From assembly GCA_045654585.1 (NCBI GenBank), contig JAZONS010000066.1:21369-85368 (forward strand): 64,000 bases of DNA, in the 5' to 3' direction. The DNA is from Eubacteriales bacterium (GTDB taxonomy: Bacteria; Bacillota; Clostridia; Oscillospirales; CAG-272). The notes below the pieces were generated by a model. The model had not been told where the DNA came from. It made no database searches and was given only the letters and a program-made list of their open reading frames with translations. The first letter of the stretch is position 1. Every line of letters begins with the position of its first letter. A program made the position numbers and the translations under genes. This document shows positions 6,997-17,447 of the stretch, one piece after another.

Positions 6997-8567
6997 TAAT
7001 TAGTTATAACTTCCCCTGACTTCTTTTTTTGCAATCTCTTTGCCCCATCCAAAAGTAAAATCCAAAACCTATATATACCCGCAAAAACAGATACGGCAAA
7101 TACTATTTCAAGGGCAAGCCAGAGCGCGGACGTTTCTTTCCCCGCAGAAATAAAAAGCAGTTTCACAAGAAGACCCGATATAAGAGCTGCAGCCGCAGGA
7201 AAAACCGCGGATTCCATAAGTGATATTTTAAATTTGATCCTTTTCAAAAGGCGCACAAGTGAAAGAAGAAAATTATATGCTTCCATTGCAATAATACACA
7301 CGGCATAACCCATAATTCCCATTTTAGGCAACAGTAGCCACACAAGAATTATCGAGAGAAACGAGTCTGTTATATTGACCCACATAGAATACACCTGCTC
7401 ACCTATTCCCTTAAGAACTGAGTCGGTCACATGGTCGAGGTACATTATCGGAACGACCGGAGCCAAGGCTGCTATATATTTCCCTGCCGACGGTGAGTTA
7501 TATATTACGTATCCCAGCTCTTCCGAGAAAACAAATAGTACGGATGCGGATAGTACCGCATATACCAACGTTGTTCCGAATGCTCTCTCGGCAAGTCTTT
7601 TCATTCCTGCCTTATCCTTTGCGGATTCCCTTTCCGCAAATTCGGGCACAAGAAGCCCCGAAAACGAGCTAAGCGTTACCATAGGGTATAGTATCATAGG
7701 AAGCGCCATACCGTGCAGAGTTCCGTACGAAGCCAACGCTTCTGCCTGAGATGCTCCGCTAGCTCTCAATCGCTTCGGTATCAGTATATGCTCTAACGTG
7801 AGCAGCGCCTGCCTTATATATGCGGATATTCCGAGAGGTACTGCCATTTTGGATACGGCACCGATATCCGCGCCTCTCTTTTTTTCCTTTCCCCGACGTT
7901 CAGCAAGATATTCAATAAATATTATAAAAAAGCATAATATTTCCGTCATGGTTGTGCCAAGAGATAGCATTCGCGCAGACGCTTCAACGCCAAGACTCGA
8001 CACCCTAGAGCAAAGGAATACGGTGCACGATATTTTAAAAAGCTGACCAAGCACTTGCGTTACCGCATTGCAGGCTACCTTTCTTATTCCAACAAAATAC
8101 CCCGAAAAGACCGATATCAGAGAAAGAGGAACGAGCGATGGAGCAAGTATCTTCAGCGAGCTTGCAGCTCTTATATCTCCCAAGGCGCGGTTTGCAAACA
8201 AGTCGCTTCCAAAAAAAAGCACAAGCGTTGCGGCTGTACTGAACAAAAGCGCGTATGCTACAGCGCCGTTAAGTATCCTCGAAGCGCCCTCTTCCTTTCC
8301 CTCACCTCTTGCCGCCGCAACAAGTCTTGTTACAGTAAGGCTTATTCCGGATGTTGCAAATGTTACTGCAAATCCGTAAACGGTATTCACAAGAGTATAC
8401 AGTCCTATGCCTTCCGCCCCAACAGTTCTAGAAACGAATGCGTTGAAAAACAGCGCTACGGTACGCATCGTTATGCCGAGCGCTGTCAATAATATTCCAT
8501 TATAAAAGAATCTCTGCTTTGAGCTCAGCTCGCCCTCAGGTCTTACTCGCTCACAAATCTTTTTCAT
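6996..8567 (-). CDS. spoVB: Stage V sporulation protein B-like MOP flippase
   Basis: FFYNGILLT..VGAEGIGLY..FATSGI and IPKRL..ALASYGTLHGMALP motifs; polytopic membrane protein. Confidence 0.75.
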   Translation of the reverse strand: MKKICERVRPEGELSSKQRFFYNGILLTALGITMRTVALFFNAFVSRTVGAEGIGLYTLVNTVYGFAVTFATSGISLTVTRLVAAARGEGKEEGASRILNGAVAYALLFSTAATLVLFFGSDLFANRALGDIRAASSLKILAPSLVPLSLISVFSGYFVGIRKVACNAVTQVLGQLFKISCTVFLCSRVSSLGVEASARMLSLGTTMTEILCFFIIFIEYLAERRGKEKKRGADIGAVSKMAVPLGISAYIRQALLTLEHILIPKRLRASGASQAEALASYGTLHGMALPMILYPMVTLSSFSGLLVPEFAERESAKDKAGMKRLAERAFGTTLVYAVLSASVLFVFSEELGYVIYNSPSAGKYIAALAPVVPIMYLDHVTDSVLKGIGEQVYSMWVNITDSFLSIILVWLLLPKMGIMGYAVCIIAMEAYNFLLSLVRLLKRIKFKISLMESAVFPAAAALISGLLVKLLFISAGKETSALWLALEIVFAVSVFAGIYRFWILLLDGAKRLQKKKSGEVITN

Positions 8568-8618
8568 ATTATCACCATTTTAATTCGGGTTAAGGTATAT
8601 TTTCTTTACCGTTAATAG

Positions 8619-8647
8619 AATATATGAAAAAATGCATAATAAAATGC
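8619..8647 (-). promoter_or_regulatory. Putative SigE-type promoter of spoVB
   Basis: GCATTTT-14-CATATATT on the minus strand; spoVB is SigE-dependent in Bacillus. Confidence 0.4.
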
Positions 8648-8751
8648 CTGACTCGGCAAACCGCGTCAGGCATTAATCATTTGTTCTTAAGCTTTACGAG
8701 TAAGAATTTTAAAAAAGTAAGGATCTATGCGGCCTCAGACGGCCTCCATCC

Positions 8752-11700
8752 CTAAGCATTGTACTCGAACAATGCGTTTGCATACGCAAGATAGAGGGTT
8801 AAAAGCATTCTCGTATCGCTTCCCTCTTCCGCAAAATCACAAAGCTCGTAAAGATTGATATTAAGAGCCTTAATACTTCCGTTATCGGACATAAACGTCA
8901 TGCTGAATTCACTTATTATACCAAACCTGAAAACGGGAACAGCAAACGCTCCGTCCTTTGAATCAAAGGCGTAAGAAAGTGTTTTATCTCCGTATTTATA
9001 GCTGATATTCAAGGTATAGTCACAAGACGTCCAAGGAGTAAATCTAAGCTCGTTTGAAAATGGCTCGTAACGAATAGATCTGAAATAATCAAACAGGAGC
9101 TCCGATTCTTCTTCACTGTAAATTTTAATCTGCTTCACGTAAGGCAAGAGGGGTGAATCCTCCGCAAGCTTTATCCCTGAGCATTCGGATAAAAATCTTG
9201 CATAGCTTGCTATAACCGTTTTCTGCTTTTCATTATCGGATGATGCAAATGCTTTATCGAAATAATCGGACAAGACAATGCTCTCATTTCCCGAGAAGCC
9301 TCCCGATACCAAGGTAATATCGGCCGACTCGCCGTAATACGTGGGATATACGTAAGGATAAGTGAATCTTACGTAAGACTTACCTTCTACGACAAGAGTC
9401 TTTCCGTCTTTCGCACCGCCTTCGTAAAGAAGTCCTGCGAGCATAATTCTTATTTTAAAGTCGGGGTCGCTTCCAACTACCGACGCAGGCACGTAAACGT
9501 TTAACGTTGCAAATGACGAAAGCGAAAGAGATGCTTTCAGTCCTGCCGTTATATTAACGGTTTTGTAGGATAAAGTCATTCTCGACGAGGAAGAGGTTAT
9601 CTGCCCGTTTGTAAGCGTTTTTAAAGTAACAACGCTGTTAGACCTTTCCTGAACTATAAGCATATTCGAAAATCCGACTTCGGGTTTGAAAGAGAAGCTT
9701 ACAGCTCCCGCAGAGTAAAACTCTTTGGCAGATGCTTTTCCGTAAATATTCACTCCGTCAGCTACCATAAGTCTTTCCCTCGCGCTGATAACCGTCCCAC
9801 CGATTGGCGAGATAAGCGAAACGTCCGAATTAACCGTTATATCACCGTCAGAATACAGGAGTGATGCGCCCGAGGGGGCATAAGCAGTAAGTGATCCAAC
9901 CTCGACCGTGCTTTCCTCGGCGCAAAACGCGCCGTCTGTTACGGAATAATATCCGCCCTCTGCTTTAATGGGAACACCTTTTGTAATCACTACTGTTTTT
10001 GCAAACACAAATCCGTCGCCGCCGTTAAGCTTAATTTCTTTAAGCTCCTCGGCATAGAGGAATACTGTATCCGACAAATCAATAGCAGAGCCTGCGAAGC
10101 TCAAGGTCAGAACACCTGCTCCAAAAGCTTCAAAAAGACTGCCTTCCTTATCAAAACTTTGAGATAAAGAAATGTTGTTTTCGCCGAGGTCAATTGCTAC
10201 GTCACCCGTAAGATTAAGCTTAATGCTTTTCTCAAAAACGGCATCTTTAAGTAAAGTGAAGTTTACAATTTCGCCAATTTCTATAAATGGAGTATAGATA
10301 TGATTAGTATATTTTATTGCTCCGTCGCTTGACTCAAGCTTCCATACGGAATCAGCCTGCTGCGTATCGGAAAGTATGTATTCTTCTGTATAGAAAGCAA
10401 ACGTAACGCTGATAGAACCAGCCTCAATTTTACCGTTTTCATTCAGTGTTAGAACGCTCAGGTCCGCCTGATAATCCGCCCCCATAAGAACGATAGTTAT
10501 TTCGGAATATACGGGAAGACGTTCAAAATAATTAAAATTCTCCGCCTCGATAACATCTGCTTTTACTTTACCGACAAAGTGGTTATTACTTGAAAGTTTA
10601 AGCGTTTTTTCCGCTGAAACGGCATATGAATTCGAATAGCCTGCAATAGTAGATTCTATAATCGATATATTGCTCTGTGAGAAAACAAGATTACCAGCAG
10701 CGAGGGATACGGCGGAAATTTTTTCAAGCGTCATATCACCGAAGGATAAAAAGCCTGAGCCAAGCCTCGAGAGATAATTACCGCCTTTTACGTAAAGGAT
10801 ATGCTCTGATGAGGTATGCTCAACGATAGTATCTGCCGCAAGCTTGCCCAATGAGGTTATCGATACGTTGCCTTCGTTGGTAGCAAAAAGAAATCCGCAG
10901 CCGACAAGGTTTACCTCAGATGAACCCAAGGTTACCGTAAGATTTCCATTACCACCAAAGTTAAATGCAAATCCAATATCCGCACCGTCTGCCAATGTTA
11001 GATTTTTTCCGTTAAAATCAAGCTCTAAATCCGAGGTAATTTCGATAACTTCAGCTTCCGTGAGCGCAAGATCGCAAAGCAATGTCGCTTTAGTGAATAA
11101 GCCCTTGTTTGCATTGAGCGCCGATAGCGTTTTTGCATATTTTGTACCGCTCTGCCCCTCGAGCATCCATACACTCTCACTGCTTTTTTCATCATCTAGC
11201 GCAATGTCGCCGACAACAGCATAAGAATAGCTAAAGCTTATTTCTTCGAAGCTATCTACACCAACCTCGGTAGAAGAATATATAACGTGGTCTATAGTAT
11301 TCGCCTTTTCCTTAAGAGTAGAATTTTCAGGAATATTCGTAGAATACGCTTGACCGAGAATCGTATCCGAAAGAATCCTCATCATCAAAGGATCGCTCAG
11401 ATCCTTAATATTTCCATAAAGCGTGCTTCCTTTGCCAAGGGTAAACTTCGTTTCTTCGGTTACTTCTACAAACTGCAATACGTTTCCGCCATCAAGCGAT
11501 ATACCGTGAGAGTTTTCAAGTATCATTTCGCCCGAATTTCTGACGTACAACGGAACACCGCTATTCTTGGTTGAGACTGCGTAGCAATCAATAAGCTTAA
11601 GCTTTGAGGTGTTTCTCGCGCATATCATTCCCGCCATATTGACGGTAGGCTTGAATGAATATATATTCTTCATAACCGAATACGTATCGGGATCCGAATA

Positions 11701-12231
11701 ATTAGAAGTAAGATTTAAGACACCGCCTGCGTATATTATTCCGCCTGCCTCGCCGCCGTCAATATTTACAATCGAGGTATTTGCCACAGAAAATGCGCAT
11801 CTTCCGCCGTGAGCAGCATAAATCTTGGCATTTTCCATCAATACGGTGTATCTCGAACTATACTTATCACTTATATTGAATATCTGACCGTCAACATTGC
11901 CCGATTCGGGAGCAATTATAGTTGTACCTCTTATATCTATCGTTATATTAACCTTAGAGGAAGGAACTATTCTCGCATAATCAAGGAGGTAAACGTTATA
12001 TTCGGTAGGCAAAAGCTTAAAGTAATCTCCATCGGATATCTTTTTAAATGCTTCGCTGAAGCTGTAAGAATACGTTACACTTCCGTCACTGTGAGTAATT
12101 TCCCATACTGCATTTTCGGCACTGCCATCCGCCTCACCTTCCTCGGCTGACGAGGTCAATATTAAGCTAACGGATACCGCGATACTCAGTATCAAGACCG
12201 CGAGCAAAGCCCAAAGTTGCTTCATTTTCAT
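8752..12231 (-). CDS. Large secreted protein with three repeated beta-helix-like modules
   Basis: Signal peptide (..LTSSA-EE); three modules starting (N/E/D)(A/S)VW..G...Y..(K/T)LL..I/LD.(R/N/G). Confidence 0.65.
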   Translation of the reverse strand: MKMKQLWALLAVLILSIAVSVSLILTSSAEEGEADGSAENAVWEITHSDGSVTYSYSFSEAFKKISDGDYFKLLPTEYNVYLLDYARIVPSSKVNITIDIRGTTIIAPESGNVDGQIFNISDKYSSRYTVLMENAKIYAAHGGRCAFSVANTSIVNIDGGEAGGIIYAGGVLNLTSNYSDPDTYSVMKNIYSFKPTVNMAGMICARNTSKLKLIDCYAVSTKNSGVPLYVRNSGEMILENSHGISLDGGNVLQFVEVTEETKFTLGKGSTLYGNIKDLSDPLMMRILSDTILGQAYSTNIPENSTLKEKANTIDHVIYSSTEVGVDSFEEISFSYSYAVVGDIALDDEKSSESVWMLEGQSGTKYAKTLSALNANKGLFTKATLLCDLALTEAEVIEITSDLELDFNGKNLTLADGADIGFAFNFGGNGNLTVTLGSSEVNLVGCGFLFATNEGNVSITSLGKLAADTIVEHTSSEHILYVKGGNYLSRLGSGFLSFGDMTLEKISAVSLAAGNLVFSQSNISIIESTIAGYSNSYAVSAEKTLKLSSNNHFVGKVKADVIEAENFNYFERLPVYSEITIVLMGADYQADLSVLTLNENGKIEAGSISVTFAFYTEEYILSDTQQADSVWKLESSDGAIKYTNHIYTPFIEIGEIVNFTLLKDAVFEKSIKLNLTGDVAIDLGENNISLSQSFDKEGSLFEAFGAGVLTLSFAGSAIDLSDTVFLYAEELKEIKLNGGDGFVFAKTVVITKGVPIKAEGGYYSVTDGAFCAEESTVEVGSLTAYAPSGASLLYSDGDITVNSDVSLISPIGGTVISARERLMVADGVNIYGKASAKEFYSAGAVSFSFKPEVGFSNMLIVQERSNSVVTLKTLTNGQITSSSSRMTLSYKTVNITAGLKASLSLSSFATLNVYVPASVVGSDPDFKIRIMLAGLLYEGGAKDGKTLVVEGKSYVRFTYPYVYPTYYGESADITLVSGGFSGNESIVLSDYFDKAFASSDNEKQKTVIASYARFLSECSGIKLAEDSPLLPYVKQIKIYSEEESELLFDYFRSIRYEPFSNELRFTPWTSCDYTLNISYKYGDKTLSYAFDSKDGAFAVPVFRFGIISEFSMTFMSDNGSIKALNINLYELCDFAEEGSDTRMLLTLYLAYANALFEYNA

Positions 12232-12395
12232 TATATCTATGTTCCTTTCGGGAATATTTTATTATATACCACTTTAATTTTACCACAAACTAAGCAAAAA
12301 CTCAATATTATATAATATTAAAAATAATATGTTTATTTTAGGCAAATTGACGAAAATATATCAAAACAACTCTTTTTAGAATACAATGCTCAAAT

Positions 12396-12440
12396 AAAAA
12401 ACTGCCGCAAACGAGCTTATCCGTCTGCGACAGTTTTTTT
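12396..12440 (-). terminator. rpsB-tsf terminator
   Basis: AAAAAACTGCCGCA..TGCGACAGTTTTTTT hairpin with flanking A/T tracts. Confidence 0.65.
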
Positions 12441-12464
12441 ATAAAGTTTTCGATTAATTATAAA

Positions 12465-13385
12465 TTAGCCGTTAACCATCTTTGCAATCTCTGCTGCAAA
12501 GTCTTCTTCTCTCTTCTGGATGCCTTCGCCCTTATCGAAACGAGTGAAGCCGGTTACGATGATAGTGCCACCGAGCTCCTTAGCAACAGAAGCTACGTAC
12601 TTACCAACAGTAAGGGAATCATCCTTAACGTATGCCTGCTCAAGAAGGCAGTTGGTCTCGTAGTACTTACCGATTCTACCGTCAACGATCTTTGCAAGAA
12701 CTGCCTCGGGCTTATTAGCCATCTTGGGATCCTGCTTCATCTGATTAACAAGAATCTCCTTCTCTGCCTCGATAACGGAAGCGGGAACGCTCTCCTTGTT
12801 GAGGTAAAGAACGGGCATAGCTGCTACCTGAAGCGCAACGTTCTTGCCGCACTCAGAGAACTCAGCCTTATCAGCAACATCGGTGTTGAAGGTTACAACA
12901 ACGCCGGTCTCGCCCTTATTGTGAATGTAGGTTGCAACAGCACCCTCAAAGATAGTAAATCTACGGATAGAAAGCTTCTCGCCGATAGTACCGGTCTTGG
13001 ATGCAAGAGCATCGGAAACAGTACCATCATCCTCACCCTCAATGTTGCAGTTCATAAGAGCATCAACATCAGCGGGCTTGTTTACGATTACGGTCTTGAG
13101 AAGATCTTTAACAAACTGCTGGAACACTGCGTTCTTAGCAACGAAGTCTGTCTCAGAGTTAACCTCGATCATAGCGGTGGTGTTATCAATAGTAAGAATA
13201 TCAACGATACCCTCTGCAGCAATTCTGTCAGCCTTCTTAGCTACTGCTGCCATACCCTTCTCACGAAGGATCTTTATAGCTGCCTCAAAGTCACCGTTTG
13301 CATCGGTAAGAGCCTTTTTGCAGTCCATCATACCGCAGCCGGTCTGCTTTCTGAGCTCGGCTACGTCTTTAGCTGTAAATGCCAT
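12465..13385 (-). CDS. tsf: Elongation factor Ts
   Basis: LRKQTGCGMMDCKKAL and EVNSETDFVAKN. Confidence 0.98.
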   Translation of the reverse strand: MAFTAKDVAELRKQTGCGMMDCKKALTDANGDFEAAIKILREKGMAAVAKKADRIAAEGIVDILTIDNTTAMIEVNSETDFVAKNAVFQQFVKDLLKTVIVNKPADVDALMNCNIEGEDDGTVSDALASKTGTIGEKLSIRRFTIFEGAVATYIHNKGETGVVVTFNTDVADKAEFSECGKNVALQVAAMPVLYLNKESVPASVIEAEKEILVNQMKQDPKMANKPEAVLAKIVDGRIGKYYETNCLLEQAYVKDDSLTVGKYVASVAKELGGTIIVTGFTRFDKGEGIQKREEDFAAEIAKMVNG

Positions 13386-13478
13386 TTTTGTATTCTCCTT
13401 TTATTTTTTGTTTTACCGATTCCAAATCGGAATCGGTAACGTGCTCTCGATTCAGTTACGAAAGCTTATTGCTGATAA

Positions 13479-14228
13479 TTACTCAGCGTCTGCTACCTCT
13501 TCAGTAGCCTCTTCGGTAGCAACTTCCTCAGGAAGAGTTTCCTGAAGTCCGCCGCGAGCCTCGATAACAGCATCAGCAAGAGCTGCGCCGATAAGCTTGA
13601 TAGCACGGATAGCGTCATCGTTACCGGGAATGATGTAGTCAGCATCGTCGGGATCGCAGTTGGTATCAACGATTGCGATTACGGGAATGCCAAGCTTCTT
13701 AGCCTCAAGAACTGCGTTTCTCTCCTTGCGAGTATCTACAATGAATACTGCGGAAGGAAGTCTATCCATCTCCTTGATACCGCCGTAAGAACGCTCGAGA
13801 TCCTCGATCTCCTTGAGCTTCTTAGCAACTTCCTTCTTAGGAAGAAGATCGAAGGTACCGTCTGCCTGCATCTTCTCGAGATCCTTAAGTCTCTTGATGG
13901 ACTTACGGATAGTGCCGAAGTTGGTAAGCATACCGCCGGGCCAACGTGCGTTTACATAGTAAAGACCGCATCTTTCTGCCTCTTCCTTAATGGTGTCAGC
14001 AGCCTGCTTCTTGGTTCCTACGAAAAGAACTGTGCCGCCTTCCTGAGCAAGCTCAGAAACATAGTTGTAAGCCTCCTCAAACTTCTTGAGAGACTTCTGA
14101 AGGTCAACGATATGAATACCGTTTCTCTGAGTAAAGATGTACTCAGCCATCTTGGGGTTCCACTTCTTGGTAGGGTGACCGAAGTGAACACCTGCTTCAA
14201 GCAACTGCTTGATTGTAATTTCGAACAT
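13479..14228 (-). CDS. rpsB: 30S ribosomal protein S2
   Basis: [12 protein letters not shown] and [10 protein letters not shown]; ATG at 14228 after GGAGG. Confidence 0.98.
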   Translation of the reverse strand: MFEITIKQLLEAGVHFGHPTKKWNPKMAEYIFTQRNGIHIVDLQKSLKKFEEAYNYVSELAQEGGTVLFVGTKKQAADTIKEEAERCGLYYVNARWPGGMLTNFGTIRKSIKRLKDLEKMQADGTFDLLPKKEVAKKLKEIEDLERSYGGIKEMDRLPSAVFIVDTRKERNAVLEAKKLGIPVIAIVDTNCDPDDADYIIPGNDDAIRAIKLIGAALADAVIEARGGLQETLPEEVATEEATEEVADAE

Positions 14229-14350
14229 TTTATGTTCCTCCTTGGTTTTTTCCTCCACGGCGGCATAACTCTGCGACTTTGCTATGCAAAGCACCGGCAA
14301 ATTTCTACCCGTCGTGTGCGTTCTTTATGCTGTACGCCTGTCGCACAGCC
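14229..14350 (-). promoter_or_regulatory. Structured rpsB leader (t44/S2 autoregulatory leader-like)
   Basis: CACACG...CCGGTG-hairpin...CCGTGGAGG leader between the promoter (TTGCGT 14379-14384, 17 bp, TATTAT 14356-14361, extended TG) and rpsB. Confidence 0.6.
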
Positions 14351-14615
14351 TTAATATAATAACACATCGCGCACGCATACGCAAGAGGAAAATAAAAAGT
14401 TTACAATTTGTTAACATTATTTGTCTGTGATATAACCACTTTTCACTTAAGGAATTAAAAATACTAACAAAACGCGTATAATTTCAATACACTGCCTCGT
14501 TAAATTACAGCTTAACTGTTGCAATTAAAAATATTTACTTTTACGTTATTGCAAAAGCAAGTAAAATGTGCTAAAATCTATAAAGGAGTTTTCTTTTATT
14601 AAAAGGACGAATAAA

Positions 14616-15326
14616 ATGGCTATAAAAACACAGGGACTTACAAAAAGAGGCTCAATCCTCTTACTTCTCGGATATATCGGGACGTTTATTCTTTACTACC
14701 TCTCAAATCAGATTTTTTATGAGGTCGAACCGCTCGCTTACATATGGATATTTGCGCAAAGGCTTATCTATCTCCTTATGCTCTTCATCTCGGCTACGTT
14801 AACATTAATTCTTTATTATTCGGATAAGGGCAAGCGCGCTTTTATATCACTTATTGCTTTTTCAGCCGTCAGAACGGTTTATTTCATTCCGTATTTCTAC
14901 CTTATTTATATATATGACGGCTTTGACAGTGTTGAAGCTATTCTTTTCGGAATTCTGACTGCGGTGGGAGAATCCGCCGTTGCTTACGGATTAACTCTTC
15001 TCGCGCTTGGATTGATGCTACTTGTTATCAAAAGGGCAAATAAAACCTCTCTCTCTCCGTCAGAGCTTGTCCTTCAGCAGACAAAACTTGATTTTTCAAA
15101 TCCCATCTCGCTAAGTTTTGCTCTTCTATCACTTATCGGATTCTCGTATTTCTTTATAAAGGAAATAATCGATACTTCGATTTTTCTGCTAGATTATTCC
15201 GGCAGTATTATGATAGGTGAGATTTTTTACATTGTTTTTTCCTTTATTTTTGATTTAGCGCTTATTTTCATATATTATTTTGTTCTCTCATACGTGAAGA
15301 ACAGAATAGTTGCAACAGGTGATTGA
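14616..15326 (+). CDS. Hypothetical integral membrane protein (about 6 TM)
   Basis: Hydrophobic segments; ATG at 14616 after AAAGGA. Confidence 0.7.
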   Translation: MAIKTQGLTKRGSILLLLGYIGTFILYYLSNQIFYEVEPLAYIWIFAQRLIYLLMLFISATLTLILYYSDKGKRAFISLIAFSAVRTVYFIPYFYLIYIYDGFDSVEAILFGILTAVGESAVAYGLTLLALGLMLLVIKRANKTSLSPSELVLQQTKLDFSNPISLSFALLSLIGFSYFFIKEIIDTSIFLLDYSGSIMIGEIFYIVFSFIFDLALIFIYYFVLSYVKNRIVATGD

Positions 15327-15353
15327 TTTATTTAAAAAAATTTCAAAAAACTC

Positions 15354-15382
15354 TTGCATTTTGAAAAAGTATATGATATAAT
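15354..15382 (+). promoter_or_regulatory. Sigma-A promoter of rpmB
   Basis: TTGCAT-17-TATAAT with extended TG. Confidence 0.7.
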
Positions 15383-15463
15383 AAGGAACGTTGATTTATG
15401 ATTTTTAATAAATTGAGATAAATCGCGCTGTTTTTTCAGCGTAGTTTTTCAGGAGGTGTCAAA

Positions 15464-15649
15464 ATGGCTAAGTGCAGTATCTGCGGTAAGGGCGTTACCT
15501 TTGGACATAACGTTTCACACTCTAACCGTAAAACAAACAGAACCTGGAAGCCTAACATCCGTAAGGTTAAGGCTGTTGTAAACGGAACAAATCAGACTAT
15601 TTCGGTTTGCTCTCGTTGCCTTCGCTCCGGTAAGGTTGAGCGCGCTTAA
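15464..15649 (+). CDS. rpmB: 50S ribosomal protein L28 (Zn-binding C+ form)
   Basis: MAKCSICGK..GHNVSHS..RTWKPNI..VCSRCLRSG. Confidence 0.97.
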   Translation: MAKCSICGKGVTFGHNVSHSNRKTNRTWKPNIRKVKAVVNGTNQTISVCSRCLRSGKVERA

Positions 15650-15653
15650 TTCC

Positions 15654-15689
15654 AAAAAGACTTCCGCTAGTGAGTGCGGAAGTCTTTTT
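15654..15689 (+). terminator. rpmB terminator
   Basis: AAAAAGACTTCCGC / GCGGAAGTCTTTTT. Confidence 0.75.
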
Positions 15690-15692
15690 GCT

Positions 15693-16466
15693 TTGGTGGA
15701 CGAAAGAATACCGTATAGCTGCGAGAGGTCGCTTGCAGAGCGCGGATTTAAAGTAATAAAGCTGCCTCGGGACGATAGACTTTCCGCTCCGGTAGCTTCG
15801 CATACCGATATGCTAATCTTCCGTCATAATAATACTTTAATAACCTCACAGGACTATTTTGACAAAAATCGGAATCTCATAAACAATATCAGCGATATTT
15901 CCGGAATCAGAATTTTGCTTACAGACGATGTGCCCGAGCGCGAGTATCCAAAAGACAGAATTTTTAACGCTCTTATACTCGGCGAGAGGCTCTTCGCAAA
16001 GACCGAATATCTATCAAAGAAAATAACAGAGTATGCAAAGAGCGCAGGACTCAAGATAATTCCCGTATCACAAGGGTATCCCGCGTGCGTTACGCTCGGT
16101 ATTGGCGATAAGATTGCTATTACCGCAGATTCGGGTATGGCGCGCGCTCTCAAATCCGAAAACGTAGAGGTCATCGACATATCCGACAGTGAAGCGATAA
16201 AGCTTCCGCCTTATAAATTCGGTTTTATAGGCGGCACTGCCGGTGTTTTCCGCAACACAGTGTACTTTATCGGAAATCTTGCGGCGCATCCCTTCGGTAC
16301 CAAGATTGAAGATGCACTAAAAAAAGCAGGCTACGAATGCGTTTCGCTTGACGAAAAATCCGACTCGCTTTTTGATATGGGCGGAATATGCTTCTTTGAA
16401 AACCCGGAAATAAATACGGCAACAAGTGGCAAGAAAATAAGTCCGAACAAGCCGAAAAGCGAATAA
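15693..16466 (+). CDS. DUF6873-like GME/pentein-fold protein, start uncertain
   Basis: HTDM, YPKD..FN, QGY..C, TADSG, GFIGG and DMGG motifs. Confidence 0.65.
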   Translation: MVDERIPYSCERSLAERGFKVIKLPRDDRLSAPVASHTDMLIFRHNNTLITSQDYFDKNRNLINNISDISGIRILLTDDVPEREYPKDRIFNALILGERLFAKTEYLSKKITEYAKSAGLKIIPVSQGYPACVTLGIGDKIAITADSGMARALKSENVEVIDISDSEAIKLPPYKFGFIGGTAGVFRNTVYFIGNLAAHPFGTKIEDALKKAGYECVSLDEKSDSLFDMGGICFFENPEINTATSGKKISPNKPKSE

Positions 16467-17419
16467 CCTACGTACATAAAAACAAGAGTTAGAAGCGGAT
16501 GTATACCCAGGCTTTTACCGACGATCTTCGGCTCCGCTATCTGCCTTATTACAGTTCCTATCGCATATAACACCAAAAGTCCTATTCCGAGTTTTACGTT
16601 TCCGAAGAGAAGCATAAACGCTCCCCAAGGAACAAGCACGATACCGATACCCAATACGGGCAGAAGATCAAGAAGCGCAATGATAAACGCAAGCAAAACC
16701 GCGTATCTCACACCAAGCACGGTGAGTCCGAAAAGCATCATCGCAAACGTCAGAAGCATAATCAGAAAATAGGATTTTACATATTTTCCCAGCATCTTCG
16801 CAGTATTTTCTTTAAAAGAATCAGCCTTATTTCTTAAGGGCTTTGGTAAAGCGGAGATCAGCGCTGACTCTATCCCCTCAAAATCTATTGCGAAATAAAC
16901 GGTCGAAATCGCCGAAACAAGAACGAAAAGCAATATTTTGGGTACTGCAGATGCGACCGAGCTTACTATTCCCGCAGCACCTGCCACAAGGCTTGATACA
17001 AGTCCTAACAAGGCATCCTCAATTCCCGTTTCAAGATCGCTCGAAAGACCGAGCTTTCCCATTCCGTTACCGAGAATTTCCTTCACCGAATCCAATAGCT
17101 TTTCGAGCTCCCCGCTCTCGGTTATCGCACGGAGAAGCTCCCATGCCTCGGACGCAAGACGGACAATGCCGAAAACAAAGCCTCCAACGGCGCCGAGCAT
17201 TATTAGGACAGACAGTACGGGTCTTACGATTTTTTTACTTATCTTGAGCTTCTTTGCGATAGCATCGGAGGGCTTTCGCATAAGAGCGGCAATACCAAAG
17301 CTTATCGCAAACGGAAGTATTACGGGCAATAAGAATTTTGCTCCAACGTACAAAAAAATTGCCGAAAGTATTATTACAAACAAAATATCTCTTGTTTTTT
17401 CTATTATTTCTTTATTCAT
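16331..17419 (-). CDS. ytvI: Sporulation integral membrane protein YtvI (AI-2E family)
   Basis: LPFAI, DLLPVLGIG..VPW and RQIAEPKIVGKSLGIHPL. Confidence 0.85.
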   Translation of the reverse strand: MNKEIIEKTRDILFVIILSAIFLYVGAKFLLPVILPFAISFGIAALMRKPSDAIAKKLKISKKIVRPVLSVLIMLGAVGGFVFGIVRLASEAWELLRAITESGELEKLLDSVKEILGNGMGKLGLSSDLETGIEDALLGLVSSLVAGAAGIVSSVASAVPKILLFVLVSAISTVYFAIDFEGIESALISALPKPLRNKADSFKENTAKMLGKYVKSYFLIMLLTFAMMLFGLTVLGVRYAVLLAFIIALLDLLPVLGIGIVLVPWGAFMLLFGNVKLGIGLLVLYAIGTVIRQIAEPKIVGKSLGIHPLLTLVFMYVGYSLFGLFGLIFLPLVAVFISGFSKKHIPPISKSESDFSSSETHS

Positions 17420-17447
17420 AAAAACCCCATTCAGTTTAATATGATCT

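Noticed and set aside
12921-13545. Long antisense ORFs over tsf, and similar ones over tex, spoVB, rimO and uxaA
   Set aside because: These are shadow frames caused by the codon bias of well-identified genes, with no RBS or motifs.
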